Shown here: in pieces, positions 37,109-50,114 of the stretch
Layout of the letters: the number at the start of each line of letters is the position of its first letter
Position numbering within the stretch: position 1 is the first letter of the stretch
DNA from: Octopus sinensis
Taxonomy: Eukaryota
Assembly: GCF_006345805.1 (NCBI RefSeq)
Contig: NC_043007.1
Location: 32,612,001-32,676,000 of the forward strand
Length of the DNA stretch: 64,000 nt
Direction of reading: 5' to 3'
Made by a program: the position numbers and the translations under genes
The notes under the pieces: model-generated
Told to the model about the DNA's origin: nothing
What the model saw: only the letters and a program-made list of their open reading frames with translations
Databases searched by the model: none

Positions 37109-40100
37109 AGAGAGAGAGATGAATGCAATGAAAATACTGTGGAAAATGAGAGGCAGAGATGGTTAGGGAAGTAAAAAAAATTGAAGGAATTTATTTAATA
37201 ACAGCTGAACACAACCCATAATGTATGGAATGGGAACAGAAGCTGAACTGTATAGATGCAGTGTGGGTGGATGAAGATAGAGAGGCGGCGGGGTGGGTGG
37301 AGGACAGACTGCGATAGTAGAAGGGTGGGTTGAGAGGGTGGCGGTGGTGGAAGGTCACAAGAGAGTGAGTAGTAAGTTTGCTCAGCTGTGCCACCAGAGG
37401 GTATGTACCGGGTGGGCGGGTGGTGAGTGGTGGTGGTGGTAGAGAGGAGAGAGAGATCAATGCTCTGAGAAAGTAGTACTCGTTCTGAAGTGACATCAGG
37501 AGATTACTCCACCAATCACCCACCCACCCCCTGCGCCACAACTGCCAAAGTGTACAGAATCGTTCAGGAACTAAAATAAATAAATAAATGAGAGAAAAGA
37601 AAAACTCTGACATTTGGTTAAAATACTTTGTCATTGCCCCACCCCCCTGCAAACACCACCACCACCACCATCATCATCATCACCAAAACTGCCAGCATCC
37701 TCGTTGCTGCCTCTGAAGTTACAGCAGGATACTTAACTATGAATGATTGAAGTACTCGAAGCATCTTGTCTCTCTCTAGAATTTTCTCAGGAATCCACCA
37801 CAAAACTGTATCATTTGAGATCTTCTGACACACATAAACAATTGCAAACAGAATAATTTGGCAGTGACAAGGATGATGGCATCTGTAATATCTGAGAGAT
37901 ATTAGAGGACCGAGATAGCAGGGGGGGGGGAGAGAAATATGAGTTAAAAGTGAATATTAAATGTTGGAGAAATTTAGAAAAGAAAATGGATACACACACA
38001 CACATTTATACATACGCCCCATGGCCCATATGTGTGGTCTGATCAATAAGTATCTGGACTGTTGCCATAGTAACGAAGCTAAAGCATGGGGAGTGAACTC
38101 TGCTGTGCATGTGCACTGAGTTTTAACATTCTAGTCCCCTTCTGCTGTTTATAGCAATGCTTGGAAGGAAGGTGTGTAGCATGTGATCGTTGCATTGACC
38201 ATGATATAGAGAAAATTGAGCAGAGAATCTGCATCAAATTTTGCCAAAAGCTTGCAGATATCTGCTCAGAGGCCTACACAATGTTTTCAAAAGGTTTCCA
38301 TCATTTTCAACACCATCCGTGAGTTATCAGAGGATGTGCAGATTAGTTACGGTTCAGTTCAATCCATTATCACTGAAGATTTGGGTATGAGATGCATTTC
38401 TTACTTCTTTGTTGCCCACAAGGGGCTAAACATAGAGGGGACACACAAGGACAGACAAACGGATTAAGTAGATTACATTGACCCCAGTGCGTAACTGGTA
38501 CTTCCTACAATACCACAAACCCACCCCAATCTGTCAAAGAATCATGTCTTACAAGTGCCGGTGCCACATGAAAGGCACCCAGTACACTCTGTAAAGTGGC
38601 TGGCATTTGGAAAGGCAGCCGGCCATAGAAGCCACACCAAAGTAGATATTGGAGCATGGCAGAGTCCCCTCTGATTCTTCCTATCACAATCAAACCATCA
38701 AACCCATGGCTATTAAAATGATGATGATGATGAGGGAGGTGGAGGCTGATATTAAAAGTAGGATAAAAATCACTGGGATCTGAGCTTACCTCCCCACCCA
38801 GTATAACGAGAGCTGTTTATTATAATCCTGGATGACTTACCAAGTGATTATTATCAAAATTAGCAAGTTCCAAACACCTATTTAAAATTAATTGAAAATT
38901 ATCTGCTTAATTAAATTCAAAGCTCTAAATACTGCTTTTAAATTTTCAAGCAAATGGTTACTACCACCACCACCACCACTACTACTACCACTACCACTAC
39001 TACTACTACCACCACCACTACTACTGCTGCAACACCACCACCACCACCAGCACCGTATTGGTTATACAAATCAAAACAAAAGAAAACTAACTACAGAGCC
39101 ATGGGAGATGTACGGTAGTGGTGGTCGCGGTGATGGAATCAGATATTGGTACTTGGAATAGAGATAACTAGGGTGTCAAGTTAGTCAGGGTGGCTGGTAG
39201 TATTGGGGTGGATGCATGCATAGATACAAAGTTCTTGTTTCTTTTTGACTGCAGATAATGTTATCAAATATTTACTGTAATCAAAATTAGTAGGCCTAAC
39301 TACTTAGTTTGAAACGAATGCTTAAGTATCTGGTTATTCGAAAAAGGAAATCAGACATTGTTATATTCTCTGGTTAGTTGTAAAAAAGGTTTCATTTCAA
39401 AATAATCACATTCAATAATCTCCAGAACATTCCACTCAAAGGCACAGGTGTGGCTGTGTAGTTAAGAAGTTTGCTTCGCACCCAAATACTTTCAGGTTCA
39501 ATTCCCTGTGTGGCAATATCTTCTACTATAACCCTGAATTGAGTGTCAAAACCACAATGATATCAGTTAGGCAGCTGATGATGGGTATGTCTGATGTGCT
39601 TGTTGTTTGTAAAACTTTTATATTTTTTGCTCTTCTTGTTCTAAGTTGCCCTTCATTCTTGTAAGGTTGAATTTGTTTTAAGGTTTATGGTGATTTTGTC
39701 AGGATTAGAGTCCCGTTATTGATCCCACCAATAACAGAGCAGTACATATAAATAAGTGCCAGCTCACTGCCCTATAATATTCTTTTCTACTCTAGGCACA
39801 AGGCCCAAACTTTTTAGGGAATGGGTGGGGTGTGGGTGGAGGCACAGTTGATTACATTGACCCCAGTACACAACTGGTACCTAATTTATGGACCCTGAAA
39901 GAATGAAAGGCAAAGTCGACCCCAGCAGAATTTGAACTCAGAACATAAAGACAGACGAAATACCACTAAGCGTTACATCTGGCGTGCTAATGGTTCTGCC
40001 AACTCGCTGCCCTAAAGCCCGAGTATATATTAACCCTTTAGTATTTAAACCGGCCATATCCGGCCAAAATAGTTAATCTGTTTTATGTTCAGACTGACCA

Positions 40101-43100
40101 GATCCAGGCTCTCACACCTACCCTACAATGTTATTCTACATTAAGTAATTACACCATTAAAATCTTGAAGATATGAGATAATGCATGATTAATTCAAATC
40201 AATGGGAATCAATAGGCATTATGTTTGATTGAATAATCTGAACACTAAAGGGTTAAATGACAAATGTGTGTGTGTGTCTTTTTGTTTCCTTGTCTAGACA
40301 TGACGGTTGTAAAGGAATGCCAATGTGATGTTTCCAATCTTGTGAAAACATCTCTCACCATGAAGAAATATTATCTTGCTCTTAAGAACAGGTGAAAGTT
40401 AGCAACAGGAAGGGTATCCAGCCCTGATTCATGGAAGCATGGTAAAATAGTTGTCAAAACGATACTGATGTTGAGGAGGAGGATGATGATAAGGAATCAA
40501 TTTTACATAGTTTTGATGGCAAACAGTTTGGTGTTTTGTGAAAAGTTGTGTAACGAAGTGTTATCAGCTGTAATATGCCGACAAAAGAGGACTTTACAAC
40601 TTTACTTCTTCTCAACTACTTCAAGAAAGAAACCATTACAGATAACAGGAGTGTTAAGTACATACCAAAGAAACAAGATATTCTAAACTTGATAAGAAAT
40701 TCCATGCAGTGAGAGACAACACATGTACACATATAACCACTTATATACATCTATGTTTCACTATACATACTGCCATGTATGTAGATTCTCTTAATTTTTC
40801 TTCTATTTGATTCAGTTGTTTGTGGGGATCTATTCCATCTCAATCACAGATTTTTAAATTAATTTTTTTTAAACTAAACGGTTTGAAACTTTGAATACTG
40901 GTAGAATTTGTCACGTAGAATGTTTTCGAAAAATTTTATTTTTTAGAAGTTATTTCGTGTTGAAGTTGTCTATTTGGGTAATTACAACCAATCAACAACA
41001 TGTATTCAGTAGAAGAAAGCTACTGCTGTGTGTGATAGTAATCGAAAAGGAACAACTTTTGGGTCATCTCTCCTAAATGTCACCACTCTGTTCGAAGAAT
41101 CAACACCATAGAGCAAGTCCGCAGCTAGCTTTTTTTGTTGTTGACGTATATGTAGTTTCAAAATGCCTCATTTTACAACAGTGAGATGTATTGTTACTGT
41201 CATGATTTTATTTTACAACAAACAGATTTTGTCAATATAAAAGTCTTTATTAGATAAAAAAAAAAAAAACATTATCAAAACACGAAGGTAAAACAAAACA
41301 AATAGCGGCTTATACACCGGAAAATATGGTAATGGTAGTGGTAGTGGCAGTGAGAAGTCCGCTTGCTGGTTGCTAGTTGATGGGTAGAAGGGAGGGAAAG
41401 AGTAAGGAATGCACGGTGCTGACTAGAAAGGAGGAAAGGATAAAGGTGGCATTGTCTTCGAACAACATACGAATAGAACAGAGTGGTGGCATTTAGTAGA
41501 AATGACCCGGAGGTTGTTCCTCTTCGATTAATATCGCAAACAGCAGTAGCTTTCTTCAACTGAATACATGTCATTGATTGGTTGAAATTATCCAACTGTC
41601 AGACAATATCAAGACAAGGACACACAGACACAAACACACAATGAGAGTGTGAAGAAGAGTTAAAGTAAAACACACACACATATAGGCGTGTGTGGTAAGT
41701 AGCATGCTTACCAACCATATGGTTCTGGGTTCAGTCCCACTGCGTGGCACCTTGGGCAAATGTCTTCTACTACAGCCTCGGGCCAACCAAAGCCTTGCGA
41801 GTGGATTTGGTAGATGGAAACTGAAAGAAGCCCTTTGTATGTATATATATATGTATGTATGTGTATATGTTTGTGTGTCTGTGTTTGTCCCCCCACCATT
41901 GCATGACAACCGATGTTGATGTGTTTACGTCCCCGTAACTTAGTGGTTCGGCAAAAAGAGGCCGATAGAATAAGTACTAGGTTTACAAAGAATAAGTCCT
42001 GGGGTTGATCTGCTCGACTAAAAAGGCGGTGTTCCAGCATGGCAGCAGTCAAATGACTGAAACAAGTAAAAGGGTAAAGAACACACACACACACATCTCC
42101 ATGCAGGTGACAACACACAAGAATGATAAATGGTCTAAACTAAAGGAATGGAAATGACCATCATGCTGAATGGCAGTGACAACCCGTGGGAGCAGTGGTG
42201 TTAGCTCCACATCACTGGTGGCAACAAAAGGAGGGAGTAAGAGAGAAGTTGGAGCTCCAAAATCACACCCTGTCTTAAAATATAAAAAGGACATATTGGA
42301 CAGCACTGAATAAAAGACAAGATGTCAAAACTGGAATACATTTGACTTGGTCTGAAGCGGTGTTTCTTACTTTACTTTATCGGACCTTTATGGCCCATCG
42401 ATGTTTTAAAAAATCATACAGTTTTATAATTAAACATTCTTAGAAATTGTATTAAAAACGATTAAAATTATTTTGTGTATTATAGAATTATAAACCAATT
42501 TATTGCACAGATGTTAATGGCAAAATCTTGTATGGAACCCCAAGAGCCATACAGACCCTAATTGAGAGCCATTGGTCTAAACTATCAAGGACTAATCACA
42601 CCCATCACCCATCAAATTAAAAGGAGCCACTCTCACTCTAATTTTGCATCTCTATTATAAGAATTCCCATCTCAAGACCTTATTTATTTTTTAAGGTTAA
42701 GTCATGCTGCTGATTTCTAAAAAGAGTGAAATAGTACGATACGTTATCACCACTAACTAGAAATTTTAAGAACTTAGTAATAAGTAAGCAACAAAAATAA
42801 AATAAACGATAAAAAATATGAATTAGATAGGCGTGGGAGTGGCTGTGTGGTAAGTAGCTTGCTTACCAAACACATTGTTCCGGGTTCATTCCCACTGCGT
42901 GGCACTTTTGGGCAAGTGTCTTCTACTATAGCCTCAGGCTGACCAAAGCTTTGTGAGTGGATTTGGTAGACAGAAACTGAAAGAAGCCCGTCGTATATAT
43001 GTATGTGTTTATGTTAGTGTATCTGTGTTTGTCCCCACAACATGCTTGACAACTGATGCTGGTGCATTTACATCCCCGTCACTTAGCAGTTCGGCAAAAG

Positions 43101-45330
43101 AGAACGATAGAGTAAGTACTAGGCTTACAAAGAATAAGTCCTGGGGTCGATTTGTTTGACTAAAGGCAGTGCTCCAGAATGGCTGCAGTCAAATGACTGA
43201 AACAAGTAAAAGATTAAAGCTGTATTCTATGCAATATTTTTACCTTATTCCTTAATTTCAAATTCCAACCGAATACTATGAAGAAATGGTTATCTCCCTT
43301 GTATTAACTGTCTGCTAGGGGACACCACATATATATTTAGCTTTTGTCTTAATATCAATAACAAAGATGTAAGGGATGATGGTTAAGAAAAAAAAAAAAA
43401 ATCAGTTGTTGGCCAAGAGTGGGGTTAGTAATGAGTCGGAGGGAGTGGTGATGTTATTCAGCACAGCAAACAAATAAAAATATGAGAGAGGTGCAGAGGA
43501 AAAGATGTGTCAGAGAATGATAAAAGACAGAATAAGTAGTAGTAGTAGTGGTAGTAGTAGTATCATTATCATCATCATCATCATCAACAGCAGCAAGAAC
43601 AAGAAGTAATAGACTTACGACCAATCTTCTCTTCTGATAGGTACTCAGCCTAAAGACAGAGAGAAAAGTCATCTGTAAACAGTGTTTAAGAGGAAAACAT
43701 ATAATTATACATCAGTTGTGTGTGATGTATGTAGAAGGGAATAGGTGTTTGTGTGGTGGAAAGAGCCGAGGCTTGTCTTCGTTTTTATTTGACTCTAAAT
43801 AAGGCACTAAAAAGTGTTACGGAAACAGAGAAGCTGGCAGCTTTCCATGGTTGGATTAGAAACGGAGAAACGAGAGAGAGTATCAAAAATGTTTTAATAT
43901 AGTGACTGGGACATGCATTGCAATTTGCTGCAAAGGCACCAACATATAATAATAATAATAATAATGTGTACATTGCTCAGGTGCACTACAACTCATCTAA
44001 AGTGTATGTATAATCAGGTGTAGTTTCGGCGGATTTCGGAAAGCATGAGGGCCTTAAAGGATGCAGTGTCATGGCAGTCAACAACTGACGCAGGCAGTTT
44101 ATTCCATGCTTCAGCAATTCTGAGCGTGAAAGAATGTTTCCGAAAGTCATGGGAGCTGTGTTGTTTTCTGACTTTGTAGGCATGTCCACGTGTGTTAGAC
44201 ACATGGAGATCAAAAAGGTGTTCAGTGTTGTTGTTGGTGAGGTGGTTGATAACTTTGTGGGTGTTTACCAAGTCCGTCGCCAGACGCCGGAGCTTCAGTG
44301 AACAGAGTGGTTCCTTTAACGCTCAGGTTTTCGAAATATCGGAATATCCTGGCATTTTTAGAACCACCGAAAAAACTATTAGCGGCACATATGCAGACCA
44401 TAGATGTTACACTTCTGTGCCATGGTGCACTGGTTGAGGATGTCTGACAAAGAGTATAGAAAGATGTTTATGTGATGTAGTGTAGAGAAATTTCTGTGTG
44501 TATAATGTAGAGAATGTATGAGTGGCTGTGTGGTAAGTAGCTTGTTTACCAACCACACGGTTCCAGGTTCAGTCCCACTGCGTGGCACCTTGGGCAAGTG
44601 TCTTCTACTATAGCCTCGGGCCGACCAATGCCTTGTAAGTGGATTTGGTAGACGGAAACTGAAAGAAGCCTGTCGTATACATGTATATATATGTGTGTGC
44701 GTGTATGTTTGTCCCCCTAGCATTGCTTGATAACCGATGCTGGTGTGTTTATGTCCCCGTCACTTAGCGGTTCGGCAAAAGAAGCCGATAGAATAAGTAC
44801 AGGGCTTACAAAGAATAAGTCCTGGGGTCGAGTTGCTCGATTAAAGGCGGTGCTCCAGCATGGCAGCAGTCAAATGACTGAAACAAGTAAAAGAGTAATA
44901 CGGATATAAATAATTGCCATTACCATTATCACTAGTATTACCTTTTCCATGCTGGCATGAGTTGGACAAGAACACATGAGCCAGAAATCTCTGTCAAATT
45001 CTGTCTGGTTTGGCATGGTTTCTACAACCGGATGCCTTTCTTAATGTCAATCACTTAACAGTGTACTGGGTGCTTTTTGCATGGCATCAGCTATAATTGG
45101 GTAGGTGTGCACAAAAAAGATGACAGGTTCACTACCAAACTCTGCTCATTATTTTTTTCATCAAATTGGTTCTACCCATTAATATAGATTTTAAATTTTA
45201 AATTTAAATTAAAAATGTCGAAATTTGATGAAAAATGTTTCATGGCTATAAACAGCCTTTTTATTAACGGTAATTTATTGCCGAGTACCTCAGCTAGTAT
45301 ATATACATATATACATACATACATATATAT

Positions 45331-45361
<31 letters not shown>

Positions 45362-45402
45362 CATACATATATATATATATACATACATACATATATATAC
45401 AT

Positions 45403-45440
<38 letters not shown>

Positions 45441-45557
45441 CAACAATTGAGGGTAAAATTAATTAATTAATCAATTTCACCAAGTGTTCAGTTTTTTGGC
45501 TGCTATTTCTACTAAGTTCAGTATGTGGCAAAGTAATTTATTTTACTAAGCCCTAAT

Positions 45558-45602
<45 letters not shown>

Positions 45603-45815
45603 TACACATGACAAGCTTGTTTCAGTTTCCACCAGCCAAATCCACTCATAAGGCCTTTCTTGGCCCAAGTCTATTGTAGAAGAAACTTGCCCAAGGCTTC
45701 AGACAGTGGGACTGAACCCAGAACCACATGGCTGACAAGCAAACTTCTTACCACACAGCCATGCCTGCACCTATTGGTTAAAACCCTTAACATCCTGACT
45801 TATCACTCTTACCAT
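27651..45815 (-). CDS. calmodulin-like EF-hand protein, 146 aa; complement join(45813..45815,43619..43649,34874..35017,32050..32292,27651..27670)
   Basis: Spliced product [146 protein letters not shown]. It aligns without gaps to calmodulin (89/146 identical, hand count). Exon sizes 3/31/144/243 match canonical CaM intron positions. Too divergent to be the orthodox CaM gene. Confidence 0.9.
32050..32292 (-). CDS. calmodulin-like exon 4 (EF-hands 2-4)
   Basis: atttttacAG acceptor, GTGAAC donor, 243 nt, same size as CaM c.179-421; [34 protein letters not shown]. Confidence 0.97.
34077..34325 (-). mobile_element. CR1-type LINE 3' end, 5'-truncated
   Basis: minus frame [54 protein letters not shown], then a (TAAC)n tail. 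Confidence 0.85.
34874..35017 (-). CDS. calmodulin-like exon 3 (EF-hand 1 and start of EF-hand 2)
   Basis: tttttctcttgcAG acceptor, GTAAGT donor, 144 nt, same size as CaM c.35-178. Confidence 0.95.
37040..37119. repeat. (AG)n microsatellite
   Basis: about 40 near-perfect AG units. Confidence 0.97.
38031..38400 (+). mobile_element. mariner transposon 5' relic with internal deletion
   Basis: TA + TIR-like tgtgtggtctgatcaataagtatctggactg; [22 protein letters not shown] (HTH1) followed closely, in another frame, by [29 protein letters not shown] (HTH2). Confidence 0.8.
38958..39052. repeat. (ACC/ACT)n trinucleotide microsatellite
   Basis: mixed cca/cta runs. Confidence 0.9.
40034..40252. mobile_element. 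piggyBac-like MITE, intact termini
   Basis: TTAA|CCCTTTAGT ... ACTAAAGGG|TTAA, 219 bp. Confidence 0.8.
41684..42075 (+). mobile_element. SINE family A
   Basis: near full-length match to 4148-4574; further copies at about 42829-43212(+), 44520-44896(+), 61770-62160(+), 15555-15882(-), 22005-22330(-), 46363-46712(-) and 52488-52800(-). Confidence 0.85.
43619..43649 (-). CDS. calmodulin-like exon 2 ([10 protein letters not shown] + first base of L)
   Basis: ttttctctctgtctttAG|GCTGAG...GGTC|GTAAGT; 31 nt, same size as CaM c.4-34. Confidence 0.9.
43946..44305 (-). mobile_element. CR1-type LINE 3' end, 5'-truncated
   Basis: [60 protein letters not shown] (CR1 TRGH/WNxLP motifs), then an (ATT)n tail. 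Confidence 0.88.
45813..45815 (-). CDS. calmodulin-like exon 1 coding part (ATG only), candidate
   Basis: minus strand reads AACAAT-ATG|GTAAGA (A at -3, strong donor); CaM genes typically split right after the ATG; weaker ATG|GT alternatives exist. Confidence 0.55.
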
Positions 45816-46165
45816 ATTGTTTAAAAACCCTAACCTTTCATTTAAATTCCTTACTGAATATCTCTTCTCTTGTAACTTGATAACCATTTCTCTCAATCCA
45901 CCGGCACCAATTTCTCCTCTACATATTCTCCTTATAAACTCTACTTTTCTCGTTTGAAGAACTTTTAGATTGAAAACCGGTTGGAATGTAAGGCAAAAAA
46001 TATTTAACATGTATAAATGAAATTTTACATCTGCTTTTTGTTTTTTAATCTTCTTAAAAAGATTACAATAATTACTTTTATTTTATTGTGTATTTTCATC
46101 CATTTGTGTGTGTGTGATCTTCATTTAACACCCATGTTACATGCTTGCATGGGCTGGTTGTTATA

Positions 46166-46197
<32 letters not shown>

Positions 46198-48137
46198 ACA
46201 TATAATTATATGTATACACACACTCATTCATTGAGAAGAGAGGGGACAGAGAAAGAGAGAATGAATGAATGACAGTATTTGGAAGAGGTGAAGGAAAGAA
46301 AAGAAAATGCTGAATAAGATTCACTGTTCTTAATAGATATATATAATATATATACATATATACTCTTTTACTTATTTCAGTCATTTTGACTGCGGCCGTG
46401 CTGGAGCACCGCTTTTAGTTGAGCAAATTGACCCCAGGACGTAATCTTGGTAAGCCCAGTACTTATTCTATCGGTCTCTTTTGCCGAACCGCTAAGTTAC
46501 AAGGACGTAAGCACACCAGCATTGGTTGTCAAGCGATGTTGGGGGGGGGGGGACACAGACACATACATATATACAACGGGCTTCTTTCAGTTTCCATCTA
46601 CCAAATCCACTCACAAGGTTTTGGTCTTGGTCTGAGGCTATAGCAGAAGACACTTGCCCAAGGTGCTGCGCAGTGGGACTGAACCCGGAACCATGTGGTT
46701 GGTAAGCAAATTCAAAGCAACCATATTTCACAAATAAAACTTAACCTAAGGGACCCAATACTTTGTTGTTTTTACATGAATTCCCACCCTATCATTGTCC
46801 CTAATTTTACATGAATCGCTACCCCAACATGGCCCCACTTTTCTTCAACACCTCCCTGGAACTTTCCACCACCCCCAGAAGAGCAATACTGCCCACTTTG
46901 AGAACCACAGTTGTAGAGTGATATGAGGGAGTCTAGTTACTATTTCTAGCAGGTGAAGCGACCACATACAGGCCCGCCCCCCCCTCTCTGCTTTCTTTCA
47001 GTAGAGATGCCAACAGCTAAAATGTCTATCCTAACTCATAGTGCAGCTATTCTGAAGATGAGTCTAGCCATTATTTACCATTTACAAAGTACATCATTCC
47101 TCAGTGTTTGCCCAAAGCTTATCGGCAAGATGAGGGGTGAGGGTGGTGGTGGTAGTGGTGTGAGATAATGCTTACCACTCACTCTCTTACTAAAGCCAAA
47201 AAGAGAGACACTATGTGGTTTCTCAACCTGCTAGATATAACAGCCAAATCTCTCTCAAATCACTCCCTATTATTATCTTAATTTCGTCTGCCGTTACGTT
47301 CCGAGTTCAAACTCCGCCGAGGTCGACTTTGTCTTTCATCCTTTTGGGGTTGATGTAATCGACTTAATTCATTTGTCTGTCCTTGTTTGTCCTCTCTGTG
47401 TTTAGCCCCTTGTAGGTAGTAAAGTAATAGGTATTTCGTCTGCCGCTACATTCTGAGTTCGAATTCCGCCAAGGTCGACTTTGCCTTTCATCCTTTCGGG
47501 GTCGATGTAATCGACCTAATTCATTTGTCTGTCCTTGTTTGTCCCTTCTATGTTTAGCCCCTTGTGGGTAATAAAGAAACATATCTTAAAGAAAAAAAAA
47601 GAATTATACATTGGATAATGTGAATCTTTTGTACATAGAAATTATATGAAGCAGCCATGGTTGGAATGTCCATGCAAGTCTGCTTGATCTGATAACCTGC
47701 ATTGGTTTGTTTACATCCCTGTAAGTTACCAGTTCGACAAGAGATCAACACAATGAATTTCTTTGATCAAAACCCTTTCACTCGGTGCCCCAGCATGGCT
47801 GTAGTCAAACAACTGAAAAAATGTGTGGTAAGAAGCTTGCTTCTCAACCACATGGTTCTGGGTTCAGTCCTACTGCATGGCACATAGAGCAAACCTCTTC
47901 TACTATAGCCTTGGGCTGACCAAAGACTGTCGTGTGTGTATGTATCCTTGTGTCTGTGTTTGTCCCATACCACTGCTTGACAACAGCTGTTGGTTTGTTC
48001 ATGTCCCTGTAACTTAACAGTTCAGCAAAAAAGACCAATAGAATAAGTACCAGGCTTTAAAAATATATAAGCACTGGGGTCAATTCATTCGACTAAAAAT
48101 TCTTGAAGGCAGTGCCCCAGCATGGCCACAGCAAATG

Positions 48138-48285
48138 ATTATTTACATTTGATGGATGTTTGTTGGTAATGCAGCATTTCGCCTGATGTGCCCTCCAGCC
48201 TTCATTGGGTGACTTGGGGGAATTTTTCGAACCTGGGTTTTCATTCCTAATGTGTTTTTCAACCTCATTATTATTATTAGCATAA
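48138..48285 (-). mobile_element. family D copy C, 5'-truncated, decayed hammerhead core
   Basis: reverse complement reads aacccaggttcgaaa..ccccaagtcac-CCAATGA-A-GGCTG-gagggcacat-CAGGC-GAAA-TGCT..catcaaatgtaaataat. Confidence 0.7.
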
Positions 48286-49756
48286 TCATTAATCATTGCC
48301 AGTGTTACCTTACCGGCACATCGGTGGCACATGAAAAAACAACATTCGAGCGTGGTTGTTGCCAGTGCTGCCGGACTGGCTCCCATGCAGGTAGCACATG
48401 AAAGAGACCTTTTGAGCGTGGTTGTTGCCAGAACCATCTGACTGGCTCTTGTTCTAGTGGCACGTAAAAGCACCCAGCTGTAGAAACTTTGCCAGATGAG
48501 ATTGAGCCTGGTGCAGCCTCTGGCTCACCAGTCCTCAGTCAAACCGTCCAATCCATGCCAGCATGGAAAGCGGATGTTAAACGATGATGATAATGATATA
48601 TATATATATATATACACACTGAATGTGAAAGTAATATACTGACTGAGTGTCTAATTGGCTTTTGTTGTTTTTTTTTTTACTTTTGATTTGCCTATAAAGC
48701 ATTCAGCCCACACTGTAAGGTGGTTGGCATTTGGAAGGGCATCCAGCTGTAAAAACCATGCCAAAGCTGATTTCACTGGTGCTGGTGCCACATGAAAAGC
48801 ACCCAGTTCACTTTGTAAGGTGGCTGGCATCAGGAAAGGCATCCAGCTGTAAAAACCACACCAGAGCTGGTGTCACATAGAAAGTCTACTCTGTAAGAGT
48901 GGTAGGTGTTAGGGAGGGCATTCAACCATAAAAACCACGTCAAAGCTGATTTCACCAGTGCTGGTGTCATGCAAAAAGCACCCAAGCCACTCTATATGGC
49001 GGTTGGTGTTAGGAAGGGCATCTAGCTGCAAAACCCATGCCAAAACACAGTAAAGCCCAATGCAGCTGCCTGGCATGCCAGATCCTGGGCAGCTCTTCAG
49101 ATGACCATCTCCTGTCAAACTGTCCAACCCATGCCAGCATGGAAAATGAATGTTAAATGATGATGTTGATGATGATGCACACACCTACATACACAGCAGA
49201 ATAACCAGATCGACTGCTCCCACCACACAAAGCTGAAGAACATACGCAGAGTCTATTAGTTGGAAATGTACTGTTAAAGAAGAACCAAAGAGAAAATTGG
49301 CTGAGGCATAGAGGGAAACGGTAAAACATTGCTAATGTGTGTTTGATAGCGATAAGGTATCTTGATTGGATCTGTTTTTGGTCTTACGTCAGAAGTAAGA
49401 CATAATGTATTTCAAGTTGGCTAGTGGAGATCTGGACATCAACCTGTCTGTGTGAACAGGCGCACGCACACACACACAGAGAGGCATGTACGTATATTTG
49501 TATGTGTATATATATATATACACACACACACGTGTATATGTGTTTTAAACATATATATACACACGCCTATATATATATACACACCTATATATATATATAC
49601 ACCAGATAGTTGCCAGTAAAAGAGTGTATATATATATATATATATGAGTGTATTTTTCTCTTGTTAACAATTAACATGGAAAAATAGATAAACAGTTACC
49701 AGGGTAGCAAAAAATCACACAAGTAAAGAGGTTGTAACTCTTTGTTTATATATATA

Positions 49757-49985
49757 CTAGCAGTATTGCCCAGCATTGCTCGGGTTTGTTTCGACCCTTT
49801 AGAATTGGAATTTTTGAAAAAGTAAAAATTTTGCATTATGTAGCTTGTTATTCTCTTTAAGTGAACATTTTTCTGGTTGAAATACACCGAAAAATGGCAA
49901 CACAGCAGTCAAAAAATCGTAAAAAATTGGGATGTTCATAGAAAAAAAAGCACCTTCTTGATGTAAATAATTTTTGGTGTTAATT
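49757..49985 (-). mobile_element. Helitron-like non-autonomous element, 3' part
   Basis: reverse-complement match to about 55380-55603; hairpin cccgagcaatgctggg then CTAG|T. Confidence 0.75.
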
Positions 49986-50078
49986 TTTGGTTCTGCTTTC
50001 TGCTTTCTGATATCTGATTTGATTTGGTTTGATTTTGATTTTCACTTGTCTCAACGGGTCTTCACAAGTGGAGTTTTG

Positions 50079-50114
<36 letters not shown>

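Noticed and set aside
39817-39836. Canonical four-tract G-quadruplex motif
   Set aside because: It lies in the variable G-run at the end of a family B SINE copy; nothing suggests function.
44921-44930. Alternative ATG|GT first exon for the calmodulin-like gene
   Set aside because: Donor GTAATG and start context are weaker than at 45813-45815; kept only as a fallback.
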